This document shows positions 1-9,226 of a DNA stretch of 64,000 nt, in pieces. How positions within the stretch are numbered: position 1 is the stretch's first letter; every line of letters begins with the position of its first letter. Position numbers and translations under genes: made by a program. This DNA comes from an uncultured Candidatus Rokubacteria bacterium (GTDB taxonomy: Bacteria > Methylomirabilota > Methylomirabilia > Rokubacteriales > CSP1-6), in NCBI GenBank assembly GCA_963771355.1, contig CAVYTA010000006.1, positions 96,001-160,000 of the forward strand, in the 5' to 3' direction. The notes beneath the pieces are model-generated. The model worked only from the letters and a program-made list of their open reading frames with translations, was not told where the DNA came from and made no database searches.

Positions 1-1664
1 TGCGCAAGTCCATGCGGTATCGCTGGGCGGTGGTGGCGATCTCGCTCCTGACCATCGCCGCGACCTGGCCCATCTACGGCTGGGTCAAGCAGGAGTACAC
101 GCCCACCGACGTGGACGAGAGCGAGTTCGAGGCGTCCATCAACGGTCCCGAGGGCATCTCGATGCCCGCGATGGACGAGGCCGTCCGGACCATCGCCGAC
201 GAGGTTCGCTCGGTGCCGGGGGTGCGGAACGTCCTCATCACCGCGGGCGGGGGCTTCCTCGGGCGCATCAGCCAGGGGAACGTGTACGTGCGCATCGCGC
301 CCCACGACGACCGGACGTTCGGCCTGGCCCGGCTCTGGCGCGAGACGCTCAAGGGTACTCCGCTGGCGGCGTTCCGGGGCAACTACAGCCAGCGCGAGGT
401 CATGCAGCAGGTGCGCCTCAAGCTCCGGAAGCTCCGCGACTTCCGCATCCTCGTGCGCAATATTCCCGGCTTCAATATCGGCGGCGGCAGCTTCGACATC
501 GACTTCGTCCTGCGCGGCCCCGACCTGGAGGCGCTGTCGCGCTACGCGGAAGAGCTCCGCACGCGGGCCATCGCCCTGGGCGGTATCGCCGACCCCGACA
601 CCACGCTGCGGCTCGACCGGCCCGAGCTGCGCGTCAGCATCGACCGCGAGCGCGCGGGGGACCTGCGCGTGGACACCGAGCAGATCGCCACCGCGCTGCG
701 CCTCATGGTGGGGGGCGACACGGAAGTGTCACGGTTCCGCGACCCGGCCAGCAACGAGGACTACTACGTGCAGCTTCGGCTCAGCGAGAAGGACCGGGGC
801 GACCTCGGCACCATCTCGCACCTCTTCGTCTCCCGTCAGGGCGGTGAAACCGGGCCGGGCAGCCTGGTGCGCCTGGACAACCTGGTGCAGATCGCCCCGG
901 GGTACACGGCCTCCCGCATCGACCGCTCCGATCGGCAACGCGAGGTCCGGCTCCGCGCGGTGGTGCTCCCCGGCTTCGGCCAGGCCGACCGCATCGCCGC
1001 ACTGCGCGGCGCGGTGGCGGAGATGCGGCTCCCGCCCGGCTACACCACCGCCATTTCCGGGCGCGCGCGCGAGCTGGAGCGGACGTTCACCGAGTTCCTC
1101 TGGGTCTTCCTCCTCTCCGTCATCTTCATGTACATGATCCTCGCCGCCCAGTTCGAGAGCCTGATTCATCCCCTGACGATCCTGCTCTCTCTGCCGCTGT
1201 CGGTGCCCTTCGCCCTGCTCTCGCTCTGGTACACCGGCAATACCCTGAACCTCTACTCCGCGCTCGGCATCCTCGTCCTCTTCGGCGTGGTGAAGAAGAA
1301 TGCCATCCTGCAGATCGACCACATGAACAGCCTGCGTGCCGGGGGTATGAGCCGCGAGGACGCCATCATGCAGGGCAACCGCGACCGACTGCGGCCCATC
1401 CTGATGACCACCCTCGCCCTCGTGGGCGGCATGCTGCCGCTCTGGGCCGGGACGGGTCCGGGCGCCGAAGAGCGCCGGGCCATCGCCGTGGTCGTAGTGG
1501 GCGGCCAGACCCTCTCGCTCCTCCTGACCCTTCTCGTGACGCCGGTCGCCTACTCGATCTTCGAAGACCTCTCGCGCGCGCTTGGCCGCGTGCCGCAATT
1601 CTCCCGCCGGGGACCCGCTCTCCGCCTTCGTCGCTGGCGCCGAGGTACCCCCGAAAGGTCCTGA
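1..1664 (+). CDS. RND efflux transporter permease (AcrB/AcrD/AcrF family), C-terminal part; 5' end lies outside the window
   Basis: Motifs YMILAAQFES..HPLTILLSLPL, GVVKKNAILQID and RLRPILMTT; multiple TM helices. Confidence 0.93.
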   Translation, partial: RKSMRYRWAVVAISLLTIAATWPIYGWVKQEYTPTDVDESEFEASINGPEGISMPAMDEAVRTIADEVRSVPGVRNVLITAGGGFLGRISQGNVYVRIAPHDDRTFGLARLWRETLKGTPLAAFRGNYSQREVMQQVRLKLRKLRDFRILVRNIPGFNIGGGSFDIDFVLRGPDLEALSRYAEELRTRAIALGGIADPDTTLRLDRPELRVSIDRERAGDLRVDTEQIATALRLMVGGDTEVSRFRDPASNEDYYVQLRLSEKDRGDLGTISHLFVSRQGGETGPGSLVRLDNLVQIAPGYTASRIDRSDRQREVRLRAVVLPGFGQADRIAALRGAVAEMRLPPGYTTAISGRARELERTFTEFLWVFLLSVIFMYMILAAQFESLIHPLTILLSLPLSVPFALLSLWYTGNTLNLYSALGILVLFGVVKKNAILQIDHMNSLRAGGMSREDAIMQGNRDRLRPILMTTLALVGGMLPLWAGTGPGAEERRAIAVVVVGGQTLSLLLTLLVTPVAYSIFEDLSRALGRVPQFSRRGPALRLRRWRRGTPERS

Positions 1665-1685
1665 GGAGGGGGTTTCAGGCCTTCC

Positions 1686-1709
1686 TGTAGGAAAAGCTTT
1701 ACACTTCCG
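1686..1709 (+). promoter_or_regulatory. Enhancer-like TGT-N12-ACA box, distal copy
   Basis: TGTAGGAAAAGCTTTACA, near-copy of 1856-1873; TTTACACTTCCG (1698-1709) recurs at 63540-63551. Confidence 0.6.
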
Positions 1710-1855
1710 TGGTCCTGCATTAAATGTTGCCTTACTGATTAGCACCCTCGAAAGCGCCCTCACACCCTCGCGGCCTTCCTGGCGCCTCCCGTAGCGCAAG
1801 ACCCGAGCGTCTTGGTACTCCCCAAAGATCCTGGCCCCGTGGAGGGGTCTTTGGA

Positions 1856-1873
1856 TGTAGGGAAAACTTTACA
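1856..1873 (+). promoter_or_regulatory. Enhancer-like TGT-N12-ACA box, proximal copy
   Basis: TGTAGGGAAAACTTTACA about 63 bp upstream of a -24/-12 promoter; core GGAAAACTTTAC recurs on the minus strand at 63431-63442. Confidence 0.65.
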
Positions 1874-1934
1874 TTTCGGCTTTCCTCATTTAATGATGTG
1901 TCATAAGTAGCTGAATATATGAACTGTAGCTTGC

Positions 1935-1950
1935 TGGCATGGGTTCTGCT
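1935..1950 (+). promoter_or_regulatory. Sigma-54 (-24/-12) promoter of the PEP-CTERM-type gene
   Basis: TGGCATGGGTTCTGCT = GG-N10-GC, 46 nt before the ATG. Confidence 0.7.
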
Positions 1951-1996
1951 CATGCCTGGTCAAAGGCAGCACAAAAGTGACTGGAATGGAGACAAA

Positions 1997-2845
1997 ATGA
2001 GGCCTATAAGGGCACTGGTGGCGGCAGGCGCATTTGCCGCGGTCCTCGGGATGTCGCCGGTGACGGCGATGGCTCTCCCGTTCCTGGTCGAGGTATCAGT
2101 CGGCTGGCTCAACGAGACTGGCCTCTGCACGGGCGGTGGAAGTGCCTGTCTCGGCTTCAGCGGAACGGGTGGATTCGGAGCGGGTAGCTCGACGATCCTG
2201 AACTGGGACGCCGGGTCCACCGCGCTGGACAGCCGCCTGTCGATCGGCGCGCTTCCCGATGCCTCCGCGACCCCTCCGTTCGATGGATTCCGCGCGGGCA
2301 CGATCGATGTGAATCAGACCGTTCGCACCGCCATGATCCGGCACACCAACAATGCCATTCCCCGGGCGGACGAGACGCTCTCCAGCATCACGCTCCGGAC
2401 GCTGCTGAGGATTCTCTCGCCGGATGGGAATACCGAGATCATCGGGGAGGGTACCGGCGGCGACTTCGACGTCTCCATCTCGTTCCTGGAGACGGCGAAT
2501 ACGGCGCCCTGCAACCAGACCAGCAACTCGATCGGGTCGATCTGCGACGATCAGTTCACGTTCATCAGCCTGAATATCGACATCCCCTTCACGTTCGACG
2601 GGCACAGCTACGTGCTGGAGGCGCGCGGGGTACTCAATCCGGATGGCACCCCGGCCTGCGAGGATGCTGGCAACGGGCAGGTCAATTGCCTGACGCAGGA
2701 GAGAGCGATCAGCGATCGCTTCGTCGCCATCACGCTGCGGCAGGTGGACGTACCCGTGCCGGCTCCGGCGAGTCTGCTGCTCCTGGGCCTGGGCCTGCTG
2801 GGTGCGAGTGTCGGGCCGATGATCCGCAAGCGGCTGGCGCCTTAA
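1997..2845 (+). CDS. PEP-CTERM-type sorting-domain protein (VPAP variant; resembles THxN/choice-of-anchor K-type domain)
   Basis: GGAGA RBS before ATG 1997; signal peptide; C-terminus VPAPASLLLLGLGLLGA..IRKR (motif, TM helix, basic tail); internal RHTNNAI and FLETAN..C..CDD. Confidence 0.8.
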   Translation: MRPIRALVAAGAFAAVLGMSPVTAMALPFLVEVSVGWLNETGLCTGGGSACLGFSGTGGFGAGSSTILNWDAGSTALDSRLSIGALPDASATPPFDGFRAGTIDVNQTVRTAMIRHTNNAIPRADETLSSITLRTLLRILSPDGNTEIIGEGTGGDFDVSISFLETANTAPCNQTSNSIGSICDDQFTFISLNIDIPFTFDGHSYVLEARGVLNPDGTPACEDAGNGQVNCLTQERAISDRFVAITLRQVDVPVPAPASLLLLGLGLLGASVGPMIRKRLAP

Positions 2846-2877
2846 CCGGACCACCGAGCCGAGTTTCTGACGCTTCA

Positions 2878-2919
2878 CTGGGGGGTAGCCCAATCGGGCT
2901 ACCCCCCAGAACCTTTTTT
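2878..2919 (+). terminator. Intrinsic terminator
   Basis: CTGGGGGGTAGCCC-AATC-GGGCTACCCCCCAG 14-bp stem followed by AACCTTTTTTG. Confidence 0.8.
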
Positions 2920-3210
2920 GGTGCGGCTCCTTGCCCCGCCGCGGCTCCTGAGCCTTCAGGACCTGCGTGCGCTTGCCGGGCGCCGCCACGCCTGAATGTG
3001 CGACGCCCCGTAAGGATGACGCACGCCAAGCCACCGTCGCGGCAAGCGCCGGCCGGCGATCAGTATCAGGTAGCCGACTAGATAGATCCCAAAGGACATT
3101 TGTCCCCTCCTAGACCGCCGACATGGAGCTGGTCGCCCGTTCTCTCTTCTTGCCCCGACGCGATCGATCGAGCATCGTGCGAAGGTGCGGCCGGTCGGGC
3201 AGGCCTAGAT

Positions 3211-3400
3211 TGTCCAGACTCGGGTTGGTGTTGACACTTTCGCCGTCCCAGAGTGAGGCATCAAGTTACTGAAGCCACCACGGCGCCGTGGAAGAGGGAG
3301 GCCGGCGTGCGCCCTCGGACGCGGTAACCGTGATGGGGGCGCTCGAAATTGTAGAACTGCAGGAAACCGCACAGGCTGCGCTCGGCAGCGCGATCTCGAC
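3211..3400 (-). mobile_element. IS481-like remnant: transposase C-terminus and terminal repeat
   Basis: Minus-strand peptide FLQFYNFERPHHGYRVRGRTPA (YNxxRPH..G.TP integrase-core tail) ending at 3261; TGT-starting end TGTCCAGACTCGGGTTGGTGTTGACA at 3211-3236 next to CTAG. Confidence 0.65.
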
Positions 3401-3755
3401 GCCCTCCGCATGGATGAGGCGCAGGAGATCGTGCTGCTGAAGTCCCAGCGAGCCCGAGGTGTTCGTCAGTGCGTATTCGTCGAGGGGACAGCCGAGCAGG
3501 CCGTCGCGCGTCCACTCGAACGCGTTTCCGGGACGCTCGGGAATTGAGAAAAGCGACAGCTCACCCGCTCACCATCGCAATAGAGGTCGTCGGTTGGCCT
3601 GATCGCGCGCTGCCGAGAGAACGCGGCCACGGTTTTGCGCCCGAACCGCCGAACCGAATACGGCGAGCAGTCCGGACATTGTTCAGGCGTCCGGACAGTC
3701 ATGGCCACCATCGTGCTCGAGTCGGTCGAGATGCCGGCGGCGACGCGGCTGGTGC

Positions 3756-4688
3756 TCACCTCGACGGCCGATCGGCGGATCGCGCCCGTTCGGCCCAGCG
3801 GAGCAGATCGGCCCGTGGCCAGACGAGATAGTATGCGATGGGCAGGTATTCGCCCGCTTCGTACAGGCGCCGCCGCGTGTCCGACCTGGCCAGGGCATCG
3901 CGCACCGCCGAGGGATGCGACCCGTATCGGAAGCCCCTGGCCCCGCGCTCCAATCGCCGCGAACGGAGGTAGGCGAGCCGCGGGCTGATCGTCTCGATCC
4001 GGGGATCGTAGAACCAGGCAGTACCGAAGACCCCCTTGACCTCGGGGTTGCGGACCAGCAGCTCTGCTATGCGAAGGTAGCTCCGGTCCCAGCTCTCCGG
4101 ACTGAACTCCGTCAGACGGCGCGGGTCGAGGTGCAGGGAATAGAACGGTCGGAAGCCGCGCGTCCTGACCAGGAAGAAATATACGCCTCGGAGGAACTGG
4201 AGCGCGCCTCCTCGGCAGAGCAGACTCCGTGGCACGCCCGCGCCCACCTCGAGTAGCTCCGCTCCGCACGGGAGCAAGATGAACCGACACAGCCCCAGAT
4301 CTTTCAGGAACAAGTCGTTGGAGAAGTGATAGAAGTCGTCCGGCTGGTGCCCGGTGTCCCGCTGGATCCGCCCGATCTCTTCACGGAGGAGCTCGACGAC
4401 AGATTCCGGTATCGCCTGCCCGGCGACCCTCGTCTCGAACGAAGCGGCCAGGTGCAAGAGGAGAAGCTTGTGGTACTTGCCGAGCGTGGACCGGCCCGCC
4501 CGCCGGGTGATGTCCAGGGAGGCGTCGCGGGTGGTGTTGCTGATCCAGCCGTATCCCCGATACCGGAGCGCTGCCTCGCCGGGCTCGAGATATTGCTCAA
4601 GCGGATGGCGCGTCAAGATCTCTTTGTCGGCGGCGCGCACCTGCGCTCGCAGTGCATCTTGGAGGGGGCCGAGGCCAGGCAAGGTCAC
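3756..4688 (-). CDS. Hypothetical protein, possibly acyltransferase/GNAT-like
   Basis: 310-aa ORF of globular composition; LHLDP..W..SY..IAE.L..NP..KG.FG.AWFYDP; GTG start overlaps the upstream stop (GTGA). Confidence 0.65.
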   Translation of the reverse strand: MTLPGLGPLQDALRAQVRAADKEILTRHPLEQYLEPGEAALRYRGYGWISNTTRDASLDITRRAGRSTLGKYHKLLLLHLAASFETRVAGQAIPESVVELLREEIGRIQRDTGHQPDDFYHFSNDLFLKDLGLCRFILLPCGAELLEVGAGVPRSLLCRGGALQFLRGVYFFLVRTRGFRPFYSLHLDPRRLTEFSPESWDRSYLRIAELLVRNPEVKGVFGTAWFYDPRIETISPRLAYLRSRRLERGARGFRYGSHPSAVRDALARSDTRRRLYEAGEYLPIAYYLVWPRADLLRWAERARSADRPSR

Positions 4689-4903
4689 CGGGAATCCCGC
4701 CTCGCCTGCTGCCTTTGACCGCTCGCGCGCGTGTGGGCCTGGATTGCCTTGGAGGCCGTTTTCTCGAACTGCCGCTTGGCGACATTCTCGACGGCTGCAC
4801 TCCCGATCGCCTTGCGCTTGGTGGATCGGCGGGCGGCGGCGGCGGCCGCCGCGGTTTCTTGATTCGCCGAGGTCACACGCGACGACGCCTTTTTGCTCTT
4901 CAT
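4685..4903 (-). CDS. Small basic hypothetical protein (72 aa)
   Basis: GGAGGG RBS before ATG 4903; MKSKKASS...QARRDSR; coupled to the downstream gene. Confidence 0.6.
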   Translation of the reverse strand: MKSKKASSRVTSANQETAAAAAAARRSTKRKAIGSAAVENVAKRQFEKTASKAIQAHTRASGQRQQARRDSR

Positions 4904-4927
4904 TGGCGCTCCCTCCATTCGGGATGA

Positions 4928-6313
4928 CTATAGCCGAAGCGGAGGATCTTCAGCACCGATGTCGTGGTGGTCGTGGGCGGCAATCTTGAAGAAACGCTCG
5001 GCGTGGCTCGGGTGGACGGAGAGCTGGGTCGCGAGATCGCTCGCGGTGGCGCCGTTCCGGATCGCCAACGTCGCCATCTGGATGAGCTCGGCGCCCGCAT
5101 AGCTGATCATCTGGGCCCCCAGCAGCCGTTCCTGGGCGGCGTCGAACACCAGCTTGAGATACCCGTCGTCTTCCCCGGTGGCGCGGCCGTTCGAGGCCCC
5201 CCGTAGATCCTGGGTCGCGACGTGGCACTTCACGCCGCTGGCCGTTGCCGCCCGGTGGGTCAGGCCGACCCTGGCCACTTCCGGGGTGGTGAAGACGCTC
5301 TGAGGCACGAGCGTGGTGTCGGCGATCAGCTGGTCGCCCAGCAGCGCGTTGTGCGCCGCGAGACGGCCCTCGTACGCGGCCACCGGCGTGAGCTGCGCGT
5401 TGCCGGCGGCATCCCCGGCCGCGTAGATGTGGGCCACCGAGGTGCGGAGATAGGGCGTGACCGCGAGGCCCAGGCGCCCCCTCTCCAGCCCCAGGTGCTG
5501 AGCGCCCAGTGTTTCGGGCCGCCACCGGCGCCCGATGGCCACGCACGCCTGGTCCGCCGCCACCGCGTGAGGCTCGCCGTCTCTCGTGAACCGCGCGGTC
5601 ACGTCGCCTCGTCTTCCCGAGAAGCTCGTGAGCGTGGCGCCGAGGTGAAAGGTGACGCCGCGGCTCTCGAAGATCCTCCTGAGGTATCCGGCCACGTCGG
5701 GGTCGAACCCGGGGAGGATCTCGCCCTCCTGGCCGACGACCACGACCTCGGCTCCGAAGTCGCTGAACGCGCCCGCCATCTCCAGACCGATGACACCCGT
5801 CCCGACGATGACGAGACGTTGCGGGAAGACGGGCAGGAACAGGAGCTCGTCCGAGGTGATCGCCGCTTCGATGCCTGGCACCGCCGGAGCGACGGGGATG
5901 GATCCCGCGGCGATGATGATCCGGTCGCTCCGCAGGGTCGCGTCGTTCACCACGATGGTGTGCGGATCGGCGAACCTCGCTTCGCCGAGGATGATCTCGG
6001 CTCCCGGCCGCGCGAGCGCCGCCGGCAGCGGCTGGAACTCCTTGACGATGTCGTGCTGCCGGCGGATGACCGTCGGCCAGTCCAGGGCGATGGGGCCCGC
6101 CGTCGTGCCGAAGCGTGCTGCATCCTTCGTGATCCGGTGAATCCGCCCAGACCTTACCAAGGCCTTTTTCGGGATTCACCCCCAGTTGACGCACGTTCCG
6201 CCGAGCGGTCCCCGATCGACGAGAGCGACCCGCGCTGCGAGTGTAGCGGCCGCTTTCAATGCATTGATGCCCGCGGCCCCGCCTCCGATGATGACCAGGT
6301 CATAGCGATCCAA
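4928..6313 (-). CDS. Class-I pyridine nucleotide-disulfide oxidoreductase (LpdA/MerA/Gor-like) with in-frame UGA at codon 46; probable selenoprotein
   Basis: TTG start after GGAGG; MDRYDLVIIGGGAAG...GPLGGTCVNWG-TGA-IPKKAL continues in frame into ORF 4928..6160; GTGVIG NAD site, IYAAGD, HPSHAE; no C-terminal Cys-Cys. Confidence 0.85.
6141..6175 (-). promoter_or_regulatory. Putative bacterial SECIS element
   Basis: Immediately 3' of the UGA: AGGCCUU-GGU-AAGGUCU hairpin with apical loop at +18 to +20; lower AUCC/GGAU pairing possible. Confidence 0.65.
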
Positions 6314-6392
6314 GGCGATCCTCCCTCATGAGTTCGCCCGACGTTCGTCCGACCGTACGCGTCCCGATCGTAACGCGTCCGAGGCGCGCTCC

Positions 6393-6414
6393 AAGGTGGA
6401 CCAAGGTCCAATAG
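6393..6414. promoter_or_regulatory. Palindromic operator, copy 1 (consensus CTATTGGAC-N4-GTCCAATAG)
   Basis: AAGGTGGAC-CAAG-GTCCAATAG; centre 31.5 bp from TACGAT (minus strand, 6367-6372) upstream of the oxidoreductase. Confidence 0.7.
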
Positions 6415-6438
6415 GCGGTCCCGAGGGGGCGGACTAGC

Positions 6439-6750
6439 TGTGAAGTCCCAGGAGGTTCTCCACCCGGGCCATCTCTGCGACGTTGGTGGTTGCGAGTCGA
6501 CCATCACCGCAGAGCCGGAGGCCCGGATGGACATCCATAAGAATGCCCGGACGACGCCGCATAGTCGAGCGGCAATCGTCGTGCGGGTCACCCAGTTGGG
6601 CGAAAGCATCAAGGGTGTGGCGCGGGCGGTCGGTGTCTGCCCCAAGACGGTGCGCAAATGGTTGGCTCGGGCCGGCGAGGGCCTCAGCGACCGCTCCTCG
6701 CGACCGCAGCAGCTCCCGACCGCCACGCCAGCCGCACTGGTCGCGCACGT
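6439..6750 (+). mobile_element. IS481-family left end with truncated transposase N-terminus (ATG 6527)
   Basis: TGT end preceded by ACTAGC (NCTAGN target); MDIHKNARTTP..VARAVGVCPKTVRKWLAR..GLSDRSSRP is a typical IS481 N-terminus; breaks off near 6750. Confidence 0.85.
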
Positions 6751-7772
6751 CGCGCCGTCTTGGCGCGGAGCGCGATGAAGGCGCCGGGGCCCACCGCGCA
6801 GAGGAGGTCGACCTCCTCGAGCGCCTGACGGGCCACCTTGGTGTAAATCCCGTTGTTGCCGGGGTGATCGGAGATGGTGCCGAGGACGAGGATCTTGCGT
6901 GATGCCCGCGCGCTCCGCAGGAAGGCCAGGACCGGCGGGAGCGTGCCGAGCGAGGCCTTGAGATCGTCGCGAACAAAGGTTACCCCGTCCGCGAGCGCGA
7001 CGGGATTCATGCGGCCCTTGAAGGGCTCGACCTCACCGATCGCCCGGGCGGCATCGGACAGGGGAATGCCCATCTCGAGCCCGACCGCGACGGCGGCCAG
7101 TGCCGCCGAAACCCAGTGGGTGCCGCAGAGCTGGGTGCGCACCGGGGCCCGCTCGCCGGCATGGACGAGAGTGAAGGACAGACGGTCCGGCCAGGCGCCC
7201 GTCACGTGCTCGGCGCGAAGCTCCGCCGAGGGATCGAGGCCGAAGGTACGTACGCGGCCCGGGAACCCCTCGCGCATCGCGAGTACGCGCGGGTCGTCGG
7301 CATTGAGGATCGCGACGCCATCGGGGGGAAGAGCCCGGATGAGCTTGCCCTTCTCGGCGGCGATGGCGTCGAGCGAGCCAAACGCCGTGTAGTGATCGGT
7401 GGACACGCTGGTCACCACCCCGATGCGTGGCCGGAGCAAGGCAAGGGGCCGGTCGAGCGAGCCCGGCCCGATGTTCGCGCCGATCTCGACGACCCGGAAC
7501 TGGTCGCGGGTCCGGACGGAGAGCACGTTGCGCGCGATGTCGTGCGCATAGTTGCCGGATCCCCGTCCCACGTTGCCGCGCAGGCGCGTGGCGAGCACGG
7601 CGGCGAGCAGGTCCTTGGTGGTGGTCTTGCCCGCGCTGCCGGTCACCCCGATGAAGACCGTGCCGCGGAGCCTCGAGCGGTGGCCGCGCGCGACCTGCCA
7701 GTAGGCGAGCTGGTAGGCGGGGCGCAGGACTCGCCAGTACAACCCCGTGGCCAGCCGGACCGGAGACAGCAT
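6750..7772 (-). pseudogene. MurF-like Mur ligase, C-terminally truncated at the IS481 fragment
   Basis: IGVTGSAGKTTTKD, EKGKL, LNADDP, GRM, DD..A motifs; lacks the usual MurF N-terminal domain; the frame runs into IS sequence (ORF stop 6684). Confidence 0.7.
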
Positions 7773-7863
7773 CGTCCTTCTATTCTAGAGCAGCGATGCG
7801 GAGCGAGTCGAGACGGGAACCGGGGAAGGCGCGCTTTTTTGAGTAGCCGCCCAGAGGATGATG

Positions 7864-8441
7864 TTACTTGCCACCGAAGGCCGATTCGAGTTGGTGAATC
7901 ATGTCGGCCTCCGCGGCGGAAACCTTGCCGACTCCGAGGAGGCCCCCGCTCGCGCTCGCGATGGCCCGAGCGCGCTCGATCAGGTCGGAGCGCAGAGCCC
8001 GGACCTGCTCCGGGGTCATGTGCTCGCACAGGCCCTCGACCATGTGGATCCACGCCGAAAGCAGCTTCGGGTCAGGCCGCCGCTCGAGCCAGCTCTGCAG
8101 GAGGGAGTGGTCCGTCGAGCTCGGGGCGATGCCGGACTTCTCGGCGCGCTCGAGGATCTGCCGGCGCTCTCGATCGTCGATCGAACCGTCCGCCCACGCC
8201 ACCTCGACCAGGGGGACCAAGGCGAGCGCCGCCACGACCTCGGCCCGGATGCCGAGCTGGAACAGCTTGTCGAGGATGGCCTCGTTCTTGATCCCGGAGA
8301 CCTTCCCCGAGGGCCTCGCGAGAAGCCGCTTTGTCCTGGAGCTCCCGGAGCCGCGCGGTAAGCCGCTGATCCTCTTTACGGAAGAACTCATCCTCGAGCG
8401 TGCGGACCTTGTCCCCGAGGAATCTGCGGAGTCTCAGCCAT
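7864..8441 (-). CDS. TerB-like helical hypothetical protein with two apparent frameshifts (near 8425 and 8306)
   Basis: GGAGG RBS and ATG 8441; a second frame gives LEDEFFRKEDQRL..SREALG, which joins KVSGIKNE..LVPLVEVAWADGSIDDRER. Confidence 0.7.
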
Positions 8442-8553
8442 GGTGTCCTCCTGGGCGGCGGGGTGGGTAATGTGGGGTCATCATATCAGGAGGGCCACGC
8501 GACTACCTATCGAGCGTGTCGTCATCGCCGCCACGTCTGCCCTGGTCCCGACC

Positions 8554-8575
8554 CGGGTGGACCAAGGTCCAATAT
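8554..8575. promoter_or_regulatory. Palindromic operator, copy 2
   Basis: GGTGGACCAAGGTCCAATA (8556-8574) is a 19-bp exact match to 6395-6413; lies between divergent genes. Confidence 0.7.
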
Positions 8576-8640
8576 GATGCTGGACTATGGGTGCGTCAAA
8601 ATCGAAAGAGTCGCCGCCGGAAGTCATGGGAGGACCGTTC

Positions 8641-9174
8641 ATGCGGGTGTTCATCGTTGTGATGCTCTCATTCGCCTTGGCCGCGCCGGCGTACGGCCAG
8701 ATCCATGTCGACATCGGCATCCATCTGCCGGCGCCACCTCGGCTCGTCATCGTACCGGAAGTCCGAGCGGTCCAGTACGTACCATCCGCCCCCGCGAACC
8801 TCTTCTTCTACGACCGGCAGTACTGGGCCTTTGCCAACGGCGGCTGGCACGTGAGCCGCGGATACAACGGCCCCTGGATCGTCATCGCGCCGAACATCGT
8901 GCCTCGCCCCGTTCTGCTCGTGCCGGTGAACTACTACCACGTTCGTCCCGGCCACTGGAATCAATGGCAGCGGCAGCAGCCTCCCCGCTGGGGCAATGAG
9001 TGGGGACGCGAGTGGGCGGAGAAGCGACAGTGGCGGGAACGGCATGACGATCAAGATCGGGGCCGCGACCGGGATCACGATAAACGCGACAACAAGCGCG
9101 ATGACAAACGTGACGACAAGCGTGACGACCGGCGCGGTGAGAAGGGCAAGGGAGGCCACGGGCGGGGCAACTAG
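8641..9174 (+). CDS. Secreted Pro/Trp-rich hypothetical protein with charged low-complexity tail
   Basis: GGAGG RBS; signal peptide ending AAPAYG; LFFYD..YW...GGW..SR.YNGPW; C-terminal RDDK repeats. Confidence 0.75.
   Translation: MRVFIVVMLSFALAAPAYGQIHVDIGIHLPAPPRLVIVPEVRAVQYVPSAPANLFFYDRQYWAFANGGWHVSRGYNGPWIVIAPNIVPRPVLLVPVNYYHVRPGHWNQWQRQQPPRWGNEWGREWAEKRQWRERHDDQDRGRDRDHDKRDNKRDDKRDDKRDDRRGEKGKGGHGRGN
9082..9129 (+). repeat. 12-bp degenerate tandem repeat encoding (KRDx)n
   Basis: aaacgcgacaac aagcgcgatgac aaacgtgacgac aagcgtgacgac. Confidence 0.6.
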
Positions 9175-9226
9175 AGAGTGGCGTGACCGCGATGCGTGGT
9201 GTAACCCGAGCGGAAGAGAGGCCACG

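Noticed and set aside
4928..6313. Mercuric reductase (merA) call
   Set aside because: No C-terminal Cys-Cys pair, no NmerA domain and no mer genes nearby
3211..6750. Composite transposon carrying the selenoprotein block
   Set aside because: The two IS fragments have different ends, do not point outward as a pair, and share no target duplication
6395..8574. 19-bp exact repeat as CRISPR repeats or att sites
   Set aside because: Copies are kilobases apart, degenerate and promoter-positioned; no cas or integrase genes; better explained as operators
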